This document shows positions 41,188 to 48,376 of a stretch of DNA of 56,057 bases, one piece after another. Source of the stretch: a virus; the IMG/VR virus record IMGVR_UViG_3300020472_000001; one strand, written 5' to 3'. The notes below the pieces were generated by a model, which was not told where the DNA came from, made no database searches, and saw nothing but the letters and a program-made list of their open reading frames with translations. How positions within the stretch are numbered: the first letter of the stretch is position 1; the number at the start of each line of letters is the position of its first letter. Both the position numbers and the translations under genes were made by a program.

Positions 41188-41870
41188 TATTTATTATCCT
41201 CTTGGTTATATAAATTATCAAATGTTATGTTTGGATCTATATAACTTTCATGTTGTTCTGCTGAATGCGTCCATTGTGAAGGCATAAAGTCGGGAGCTCC
41301 TTCACCCACACGCCATAAAGCAGGATTTGTAGCTCTTACTCTATTATTTGGTAAAGCTACAAAGTTGCCAGTATATTCACCAGCATCTGTTAAATATAAC
41401 ACATGAGACTGTTTATGTTGAGCGGGATCATCTGCTATAGAGTTTTCAGTGTAATCTACTGTAAACAAATACTTACCCATGTGAAACTCACCACCTATTT
41501 TACAAAGCCAGGGCGATGAACTTACTCTATCTAAAACTACAACAGAGTGATCATGACTTAAACAATCCCAAGGTTGAGCTAAGTGATCCTCCATGGGAGT
41601 TGGCCATTCTTCTAATGGTATATCAGCTACTAAACCCTGAATTGGCATTCTTGCCCACATAGCACCACCATGAACATTTGGTGCATCTTCTTCATTATCT
41701 ATCTCACATCCAGTAAAAACTACTTGAAATGATAAAGATCTATCTGGAATGGTATTAACACCTATAACGAGAGCGTGTAGATACTCTCCGTGATAATTAC
41801 TGTGGTTGGCTGTAAATTCTTTTCTTACCCAACATTTAAACTGAGGTATGTTAGAAATTAAATATGACAT
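41187..41870 (-). CDS. hypothetical protein (227 aa)
   Basis: ORF in the late operon. Confidence 0.75.
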   Translation of the reverse strand: MSYLISNIPQFKCWVRKEFTANHSNYHGEYLHALVIGVNTIPDRSLSFQVVFTGCEIDNEEDAPNVHGGAMWARMPIQGLVADIPLEEWPTPMEDHLAQPWDCLSHDHSVVVLDRVSSSPWLCKIGGEFHMGKYLFTVDYTENSIADDPAQHKQSHVLYLTDAGEYTGNFVALPNNRVRATNPALWRVGEGAPDFMPSQWTHSAEQHESYIDPNITFDNLYNQEDNK

Positions 41871-41882
41871 TTAAGGTGCAAA

Positions 41883-42071
41883 TTAAACTTTGCCGCCTTT
41901 TGACATATATTTAGTTCCTTTCATGGCACCACCTTTGGCCATATACTTGGAACCCTTCATAGCTCCGCCCTTAGCCATATATTTGGTGCCTTTTGCTGCA
42001 CCACCTTTAGCCATGTATTTAGTTCCTTTAACAGAACCGCCCATGGCGTATCCTTTAGTTCTTTTATACAT
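41883..42071 (-). CDS. polybasic repeat protein (62 aa), five KG(T/S)KYM(A/S)KGG units
   Basis: MYKRTKGYAMGGSVKGTKYMAKGGAAKGTKYMAKGGAMKGSKYMAKGGAMKGTKYMSKGGKV. Confidence 0.7.
   Translation of the reverse strand: MYKRTKGYAMGGSVKGTKYMAKGGAAKGTKYMAKGGAMKGSKYMAKGGAMKGTKYMSKGGKV
41890..42045 (-). repeat. about 4.5 tandem copies of a 33-nt coding repeat
   Basis: Repeated ccttt(g/a)gccat(a/g)ta(t/c)tt(a/g)g... units with synonymous drift. They encode the KGTKYMAKGGA units. Confidence 0.8.
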
Positions 42072-42244
42072 TATTTTTTACCTTTTTTTGTACTGCTTTT
42101 TTTTACAGGTGTTTTTTTCTTGGCAGGAGCCTTCTTTTTAGGCATATTTAAGTAAATACGTTCATCCTTTACTGGCTCATCTGGCCTTACTTTAGCATTT
42201 AATCTAGCTTGTAATTTTGGATCCTCAGATTTTTTCTTTGGCAT
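42071..42244 (-). CDS. possible polybasic small protein (57 aa), not in ORF track
   Basis: Hand translation gives MPKKKSEDPKLQARLNAKVRPDEPVKDERIYLNMPKKKAPAKKKTPVKKSSTKKGKK. TAATG overlap with the next gene. GGAGAAAT RBS. Confidence 0.5.
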   Translation of the reverse strand: MPKKKSEDPKLQARLNAKVRPDEPVKDERIYLNMPKKKAPAKKKTPVKKSSTKKGKK

Positions 42245-42252
42245 AATTTCTC

Positions 42253-42669
42253 CTAGCTTATAGTGGTTACTTTTCTGCGGTTATTCATAACTTTACCACA
42301 ACCTTTAGCTATAAAACCACCATTTTTCTTTTTTACTCTGTTTTGAGCAGCCATAGATCTTTCAATAGCCATACCTCTTTTTTTTTCATATGTAGATAAT
42401 ACGTTATCGTTATTAAGATCAGCTTTAGATTTATTTTTTATCATAGGTCCTCCTGTGGACTTTTTTTGCCAATTAACTCTTTTAGAGCTAGTTTTTTTCT
42501 TTATAGCTTTTGAAGCACCTGCTTTTTTGCACTCAGCCATTGTTGGTCTACAAGCAGGATAACCTCTTTTTTCGCCTTTTTTTCTACCGCATGGTTTACC
42601 AGTTTTGCAATCAACCCAACCTTTTCCATCATTTTTGTTAAACCAATCTCTTAAATTTTCTTTTGCCAT
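42253..42669 (-). CDS. basic Cys-containing small protein (138 aa)
   Basis: LRDWFNKNDGKGWVDCKTGKPCGRKK...YPACRP N-terminal motif. C-terminal NGGFIAKGCGKVMNNRRK motif. Confidence 0.75.
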   Translation of the reverse strand: MAKENLRDWFNKNDGKGWVDCKTGKPCGRKKGEKRGYPACRPTMAECKKAGASKAIKKKTSSKRVNWQKKSTGGPMIKNKSKADLNNDNVLSTYEKKRGMAIERSMAAQNRVKKKNGGFIAKGCGKVMNNRRKVTTIS

Positions 42670-42878
42670 TACCTTAGTCTATTAGCCATTACAATGCCTT
42701 GACCTCTTATTACTGGGCCACCTTTTGCTTTTTTTGTTCTTGATTTGTTTCCGTAGTTAGCTGCACCAACTTTTCTACATTGTACTAATCTACCACTTGC
42801 ATAAGCACTAGGCCACACTTTAGCAGTACGTTTTACTTTGTGATAACAAGCGTCTTTTTTTGTTTTAGGTTTTGCCAC
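42669..42878 (-). CDS. basic small protein (69 aa) with WPSAYASG motif
   Basis: CYHKVKRTAKVWPSAYASGRLVQCRKVG. C-terminal KGGPVIRGQGIVMANRLR motif, shared with the upstream gene. Confidence 0.75.
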   Translation of the reverse strand: MAKPKTKKDACYHKVKRTAKVWPSAYASGRLVQCRKVGAANYGNKSRTKKAKGGPVIRGQGIVMANRLR

Positions 42879-43169
42879 TTAACACTTCCATCTTCTTCTT
42901 GCTTGCCTAATTCTTGAATTAGGATTGTTTCTTGTTTTAGCAGAGCTACGTCTTAATTGTCCTGCTGATCTAGCACAATAAGCCTTTCTTCTTTTAGCTG
43001 CTTTACTGCCTTTTTTAGCTTTGCCAGTAACAGCTCCTTTAAGTTTTGAGCCAGGGTTTGCTTTTCTATATGCTCGAATACCTTTTTTGGTCATTCCCGC
43101 CCCTTTATTTGTGGGGCGGTAATTTCCACCTTTACCTGTAGTTCTGCGTATAGGTTTTGCTCTACCCAT
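42879..43169 (-). CDS. highly basic small protein (96 aa)
   Basis: Arg/Lys-rich. ANPGSKLKGAV...RRKAYCARSAGQ...SRIRQARRRWKC. Confidence 0.75.
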   Translation of the reverse strand: MGRAKPIRRTTGKGGNYRPTNKGAGMTKKGIRAYRKANPGSKLKGAVTGKAKKGSKAAKRRKAYCARSAGQLRRSSAKTRNNPNSRIRQARRRWKC

Positions 43170-43172
43170 TCA

Positions 43173-43574
43173 TTAATAGTTTTTATTAAGAACTAAAATA
43201 ATTGAATATGTGTCACCACTAGAGTGTCCAACAGTAGTAAGGTCAATATCTCCAGTAACTCCACTTCCTGCATTATTTGGTATGCCTGTAAATAGGTCAT
43301 AATACTCATCTCCAGTGCTATCTGATGGTAAACCAGTTAATAACACATTAGAAGTAGCATCAAACTCTAAATTTACACCCATACCTCTAGTAGCCCAATA
43401 TATTCTAGCGACTGATACTGAAGTACAAGACTCTCCTGCACTATTTGTAGTAAGTGCAGAAACGTCTACTTTCTTTACAGCCGATTCACCTGTGCCATCT
43501 GACACATTAGTAAACTTCATAATAGCAGTCTTTTCGCCATCTTGAATGGTTTGTGATGTTACTGCATCAGCCAT
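43173..43574 (-). CDS. hypothetical structural protein (133 aa)
   Basis: ORF downstream of the capsid genes. Confidence 0.75.
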   Translation of the reverse strand: MADAVTSQTIQDGEKTAIMKFTNVSDGTGESAVKKVDVSALTTNSAGESCTSVSVARIYWATRGMGVNLEFDATSNVLLTGLPSDSTGDEYYDLFTGIPNNAGSGVTGDIDLTTVGHSSGDTYSIILVLNKNY

Positions 43575-43584
43575 AATTTACTCC

Positions 43585-44301
43585 TTATCTTTCAACTGCT
43601 GCTACTACGTAGTCAATAGTCATAGTTTGTGCAGAAGCTTCACCATTTTGAATACCGAATGAAACTGTTAATTCTTCATCATCTGGTAAGTTAGTGTTTG
43701 CTACAGCTACAGGTTCTGCATTATTGATTGAGTAATAAACTTTTGAAGTATCTGGGTCAATAAACCAAGTTACTGTAATAAAAGTATCATCCGCCATAGT
43801 TGCTACATCTTCTGTAGTTGTTGCACTGTTATCTTTCTCTACTAAGAAATCTAAACCTGCATCACCGTCTGCTGAAATAAAGAATACACCGTCTGTAGTA
43901 TCAAGTGGTGTTGTATCTGTAATTCCAAGGCCTATAACAAAGTCTGATTGATCTACATCATTTACTTTGAATCTAGCTGAGAAGTATGCTCTTTTACTTG
44001 TGCTTAACTTAAATGCTTCGCCTTTTAATTGTAAAAAGTCTAAGTCATTATCTCCAGCAGCATTAGTAAGCAATAAAGCCCCACCTGCTGATGAAGTTAC
44101 AGCTTCAGTTGCACTACCTGTACCTGCTTCAGTAGTCGTAATAGTCCAGTCGCCTGAGTTATACGTCATGAAATCATTATGATACATATAGAATGTTTGG
44201 TCAGATGGATATGGTGCAAACATAGGCATATCTTTTTTATGCTTAGTTGCAACAGTATTACCCGCCCATAGTATTAAGTTTTGAAAATGTGGATTAGCCA
44301 T
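43585..44301 (-). CDS. putative capsid-associated/decoration protein (238 aa, jelly-roll-like)
   Basis: First gene after the post-MCP terminator/promoter, beta-rich. The function is contextual. Confidence 0.45.
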   Translation of the reverse strand: MANPHFQNLILWAGNTVATKHKKDMPMFAPYPSDQTFYMYHNDFMTYNSGDWTITTTEAGTGSATEAVTSSAGGALLLTNAAGDNDLDFLQLKGEAFKLSTSKRAYFSARFKVNDVDQSDFVIGLGITDTTPLDTTDGVFFISADGDAGLDFLVEKDNSATTTEDVATMADDTFITVTWFIDPDTSKVYYSINNAEPVAVANTNLPDDEELTVSFGIQNGEASAQTMTIDYVVAAVER

Positions 44302-44375
44302 TATGAACTCCTTTACTTGTATTAATGGAAATCGAAATCGATCCTCATTAAGCTAATTAATTTTAAACTATCTTG

Positions 44376-44404
44376 AGTTTACACCTAGAAATAAAAGTAA
44401 TCAA
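44376..44404 (-). promoter_or_regulatory. putative promoter, TTGATT-17 nt-TAAACT
   Basis: rc of 44399..44404 is TTGATT and rc of 44376..44381 is TAAACT. It directly abuts the MCP terminator. Confidence 0.4.
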
Positions 44405-44428
44405 CAAAAAAAGGGAGCCGAAGCTCCC
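44405..44428 (-). terminator. rho-independent terminator after the major capsid gene
   Basis: aaaaaaaa-gggagc-cgaa-gctccc on the plus strand. On the minus strand this is a GC hairpin with a TTCG tetraloop followed by T8. Confidence 0.85.
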
Positions 44429-44474
44429 TTAAGTAATTGTAGTTGAGTGAGAAACGCTACAATAAATCGTTCCT

Positions 44475-45377
44475 TTAAGCTCCTTGAGAACCGTAAACGG
44501 CTCTAAAGTTTGAATATCCGAAGCTATAACGCTCTCTAGCCTTATATCTCATGTTGCCAGTATCGAAGTCACCTTCCAATGAAGTTGTCATTGGAGATCT
44601 TTCAAAATACTTAAATCCGTCAGGACAGTCTGTTTTCAAGAAGAAAGCATCTGTATCTGTCAGATAGTTATTTACAACATAACCATCAGGTAGCATACCA
44701 GTATTCTTAATAGCATTAATGTCGTTGTCAGACGTACCAACTCTTCCAGGAGTTTGTAATAATCTGTCAGCAACAAATACTAATTGTGGTGGAATAATTA
44801 GCTTCATACCTTTTAGAGCAATATTAAGACCTTTATCATCCGTAAATGTAGAGATATTAATTAATGCGTCTTCAAGTGAAGTTTCATTAAGATCCGCCAT
44901 AGTGGTAGCTCTGTTTGCTAGTGAACCGCCGCCGCCTAGTGGATGATCTGTAGCTACAAGCACTTTACCATCACCACCTGTTGTAGAGAACGCGTTGTTC
45001 AATACAGATGCAGCTTTGATTTGCTTTGTATTAGCCATAGACCTTGCTAGTGCTTTGGTATATCTTGCTCCGAGTCTGTCATAAAGATTATCTTCAACTG
45101 CTTCTTCGGTTAGTGCGAATGCTAAAGCCACTGTTTCGTGGGTGTAACGAGATGTATAACCTTCGTTAGCTGTATCAAATCTGACACCGCTACCTTCGGA
45201 TTTTACTTCCGCATTACCAAACCCTACTATTAGAGTTTCTTCTTCAAACGCTCTATCAGAAGTTTCAGTATCGAAAATTTCTGTATGTTGAGATTCGTAT
45301 CTTGAGTATTCCATACCGAACAAGGCATTCAAACCTGGCTCTAATTCTTTCGCTAATTGCGCTCTATTAATTGCCAT
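44475..45377 (-). CDS. major capsid protein (HK97-fold type)
   Basis: 300 aa with AGGAG RBS, followed by the strongest terminator in the genome. It lies downstream of the portal/scaffold genes, and the N-terminus MAINRAQLAKELEPGLNALFG is typical of this class. Confidence 0.75.
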   Translation of the reverse strand: MAINRAQLAKELEPGLNALFGMEYSRYESQHTEIFDTETSDRAFEEETLIVGFGNAEVKSEGSGVRFDTANEGYTSRYTHETVALAFALTEEAVEDNLYDRLGARYTKALARSMANTKQIKAASVLNNAFSTTGGDGKVLVATDHPLGGGGSLANRATTMADLNETSLEDALINISTFTDDKGLNIALKGMKLIIPPQLVFVADRLLQTPGRVGTSDNDINAIKNTGMLPDGYVVNNYLTDTDAFFLKTDCPDGFKYFERSPMTTSLEGDFDTGNMRYKARERYSFGYSNFRAVYGSQGA

Positions 45378-45380
45378 TAT

Positions 45381-45941
45381 TTATACTCCTGTTGGATCGA
45401 CATAGAAATGCTCATTAAATTTAACAATCACATTCACGTTAGCTGAACCTGTTGTACTGTTATCTGGGTCACTCGAAAAGCCCATAATTCTGAACGTAGC
45501 AGTTGTAGCTGCTGTTGTTCCAGATAGTTCCAAAGCTGACATCCCTGTTTTCACAGAGCCAGCAGTATAGGAAATATCTGCGTTCAAACCGACATCAGTT
45601 TGAGCTGGAGAACCTGCACTTTGAATTTCAAATACAGCATCAGGGTCATCTATTACGAATGCTTTAATATCGGACGATACAGTTCCATCAGGGAAGTGTG
45701 AACTAAAAATAGTTTCACCAGAAGAGTTTGTAAAAGTACAACCTCTAAATACACCAATAGACTCATCCCCAGCACCAGCTACTAAAATAGTACCAGTATT
45801 GAGCATTTTTACTAAATCGCCAGAAAAAATATTCCCAGAAGCACCTGAGGCAATCGCGTATTCTGTAGTTCCACCATTTTGGACTCCAGAACCTAATTTA
45901 CCTACAACACGTGCTCCGAAAGGGGCATTTTTGTTAGCCAT
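45381..45941 (-). CDS. head-module structural protein (186 aa; possible decoration protein)
   Basis: Gly/Ser/Thr-rich beta-type ORF immediately upstream of the MCP gene. Confidence 0.5.
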   Translation of the reverse strand: MANKNAPFGARVVGKLGSGVQNGGTTEYAIASGASGNIFSGDLVKMLNTGTILVAGAGDESIGVFRGCTFTNSSGETIFSSHFPDGTVSSDIKAFVIDDPDAVFEIQSAGSPAQTDVGLNADISYTAGSVKTGMSALELSGTTAATTATFRIMGFSSDPDNSTTGSANVNVIVKFNEHFYVDPTGV

Positions 45942-45980
45942 AATAAGTCACCTTATATTTGTTATTTAAAGTTATAGCGA

Positions 45981-46466
45981 TCAACTACGTTGACCACCGC
46001 CAAAAGTTACTTTGCTTGATCTCTGAGGATTTAACATCGGAGAACTTGGATCTGATTCCTTCATCATATCGTTATCTACAGCATCTTGCTGAGTTTGTGC
46101 ACGTTGGGCATAGTAGGAGTTCCTTTCCTCACGTGTTTCATTTGGAATCTTAGCCAATAGCAAACCACCTCGTGCAACAACTCCTGCGTGTTTACCTTGT
46201 TGTAAAGTGTCAAAACGATCTTGGTCAGAACTATCTAACTCGTCAGATCTTACTAGGTCGAAACCTTCGCTTAATCTTGAAGTTATATTCTTACGATCTT
46301 CTTGGCCTACAATTTCGGCTCTGATCCACCTGTAAGTATAACCTTCAGGTGCAGGAGGAGTATCCAACGTAGATGGTGGGCTCCATGGTTTGCGAGCTTC
46401 TTTTTTAGCTCGAGTGTCGGCAGAACGTGGTGTTCTGTTTAAATCTTTGTTATCTTTTTCTGTCAT
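45981..46466 (-). CDS. hypothetical head-module protein (161 aa)
   Basis: ORF between the scaffold-like gene and the capsid genes. Confidence 0.7.
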   Translation of the reverse strand: MTEKDNKDLNRTPRSADTRAKKEARKPWSPPSTLDTPPAPEGYTYRWIRAEIVGQEDRKNITSRLSEGFDLVRSDELDSSDQDRFDTLQQGKHAGVVARGGLLLAKIPNETREERNSYYAQRAQTQQDAVDNDMMKESDPSSPMLNPQRSSKVTFGGGQRS

Positions 46467-46471
46467 AACTA

Positions 46472-47422
46472 TTACCTTTTAACATATTTTGCGTACTCTG
46501 TTAAGGGTACGTTTAATCTTTTTGCCATTTGAACTTCTGCTGGCGACAACTTAACTTGTCTTTTTGAGCTAGTATTACCAGCTACTCTGCCTGCTGAAGC
46601 CACCTTTTGTTGAGGCTTCGATTGATTAGAAGGCTCTTCAAACTTGTGCGGAAACTCTGCTCTTAATCTTTTGTCAACTTCACTATAATATTCATCAGAT
46701 GAAGCATCATATCCTTCTTTAACTAATTTTTGATCTATTGAAAATGCTGCAAGAGTCATAATTTCATCTTCACCAAACCAACTATTGTTCTCCACCCATT
46801 TCTCTTGTTTAGCATCAAGCTTCGGTGGTGCTTGGTATTGAGGTGCTATTTGTTGAACATTTTGTTGCGGTTGACCATTAATATTAACTGGTTGTTCTTG
46901 CACAGGTTGTTCTAAAGCCATTTTAGAAGTATTAACTTTGTTTTCTTCTACGGCTATTTTAGCTAAAACCTCTTGTGCTTTTGCAACCTTATCAAAGTCT
47001 TGCACTTCATGAGCTGATTTAAGTGCAGACATAGCTTGTTGTTTTTGAGACTTTAACCTATTTTCTGCTTCCATAAGATAAGATCTATCTAAGTTTGAGC
47101 TTTTTGTTTTAAGTTGCTCGTTTTCAGCAGCAGTCCTTTTTGCATACTCATAAGCAGATTCTTGTCCTCTTTCTGCCTCTCTTAATTTTCTTGTAAGATT
47201 ATTAATTCTTTTTTGCACACTCTTAGAATAGTCTTCAAGCTCTTCTTCTTTTTTTTCTTCGGGTGCATCAGAAACATCTTCTAATTTAGCTTCTGCTTCT
47301 TCATCCACAGACTCCATAGGAATCTCTGTTTTTGGTTTTTCTTCTTCTATAGGATCTAGTTCAACAATCTCGCCTTCATCGACTGCTGTTTCTTCTATTA
47401 CCTTTGCGTTTTCTTCAGACAT
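46472..47422 (-). CDS. putative scaffolding protein (316 aa)
   Basis: Acidic N-terminus, long coiled-coil/Gln-rich centre, basic C-terminus. It lies between the portal and MCP genes. Confidence 0.55.
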   Translation of the reverse strand: MSEENAKVIEETAVDEGEIVELDPIEEEKPKTEIPMESVDEEAEAKLEDVSDAPEEKKEEELEDYSKSVQKRINNLTRKLREAERGQESAYEYAKRTAAENEQLKTKSSNLDRSYLMEAENRLKSQKQQAMSALKSAHEVQDFDKVAKAQEVLAKIAVEENKVNTSKMALEQPVQEQPVNINGQPQQNVQQIAPQYQAPPKLDAKQEKWVENNSWFGEDEIMTLAAFSIDQKLVKEGYDASSDEYYSEVDKRLRAEFPHKFEEPSNQSKPQQKVASAGRVAGNTSSKRQVKLSPAEVQMAKRLNVPLTEYAKYVKR

Positions 47423-47431
47423 ATTTTCTCC

Positions 47432-47947
47432 TTATACTGCAAGAATATCATCAGGATCAAGTATGGTAGCTATCACTTCATCATCGTTAATGATTCTGCA
47501 TTCAGATTCATCACCTAATTTAAAGCGAGCACCAGCATATCTGCCAATTAATACCCATTGTTTTTCCTGGCACCATGGTTTTGCAAATTTACTTGCATCT
47601 GCATAGCAGTCAGGACCCATTTTTACCACATACCCAACAACTGTAGCTAGAGATTCTCTATCTACGGTAGATTGTACTAAGTGGATTCCGCCTTCTGTGA
47701 CCGCTTTACCTGCATAAGGTAAAATCAAAATACGCCATCCTGTAGGTTGTGGCATACGGTCTATTAATGATTTTTCTAATAAAGTTGGGTCTAGAACCCG
47801 TGCAGACTCTTTTACGTATGCAGGGTTTTCTTTGACTGGTTGTGGACCACCATCTTCTGTTGGTGTTTCAACTCTTGTTTGTTTTTCTTTTTTTAAGTCA
47901 GCTTCGATTGACTTTGCGACATGATCAGGGACTTGTATCTTGCTCAT
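47432..47947 (-). CDS. GroES/Cpn10-like domain protein with N-terminal extension
   Basis: GWRILILPYAGKAVTEGGIHLV...VGYVVKMGP...KQWVLIGRYAGARFKL...RIINDDEVIATI parallels GroES RVLVK..E.KT.GGI.L...G.VVAVG.G...GD.VL..KYAGTE.K...ILA.I. Confidence 0.5.
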   Translation of the reverse strand: MSKIQVPDHVAKSIEADLKKEKQTRVETPTEDGGPQPVKENPAYVKESARVLDPTLLEKSLIDRMPQPTGWRILILPYAGKAVTEGGIHLVQSTVDRESLATVVGYVVKMGPDCYADASKFAKPWCQEKQWVLIGRYAGARFKLGDESECRIINDDEVIATILDPDDILAV

Positions 47948-48131
47948 CTTCTTGTGTTTTTCCTAGCAGTTCTCTAAAAATGTTTTCTGCATCGGCTAGA
48001 GAACTGTAACGGCCTCGCAGATATTCATACTGAGAGAAGTCTTTACAACCAGACAGCATAGCGTCTTTCGTATCTTCTCTTCTAGCTTCAAGTTCTTTTA
48101 AAAACTTTTCAGCAAGCCAAACTGACGACAT
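47925..48131 (-). CDS. hypothetical protein (68 aa)
   Basis: ORF in the head module. Confidence 0.7.
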   Translation of the reverse strand: MSSVWLAEKFLKELEARREDTKDAMLSGCKDFSQYEYLRGRYSSLADAENIFRELLGKTQEDEQDTSP

Positions 48132-48337
48132 TAATAAATGCCTGAAAACTTGCCACCAAACTCGGCGGCACCCATACCTCTTGCTTTTCCTTTACCCATA
48201 CCTGGTTTAGCTTTTGTATTAGCTGAAAAAGTACCAGCTTTAGTTTTAGTAGATGCACTACCTTTATTGCTATAGCTGTTTTTATTCTTTAATACTTTGG
48301 GTGTTTTCTGTTGACTTATGTCTGTTCTTTTAATCAT
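48131..48337 (-). CDS. basic Gly-rich small protein (68 aa)
   Basis: KGKARGMGAAEFGGKFSGIY C-terminus. Compositionally related to the polybasic cluster at 41883..43169. Confidence 0.7.
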   Translation of the reverse strand: MIKRTDISQQKTPKVLKNKNSYSNKGSASTKTKAGTFSANTKAKPGMGKGKARGMGAAEFGGKFSGIY

Positions 48338-48376
48338 GTGTTTTATTATGTTGGTTGATTTTTAATTTTGCAAGGA

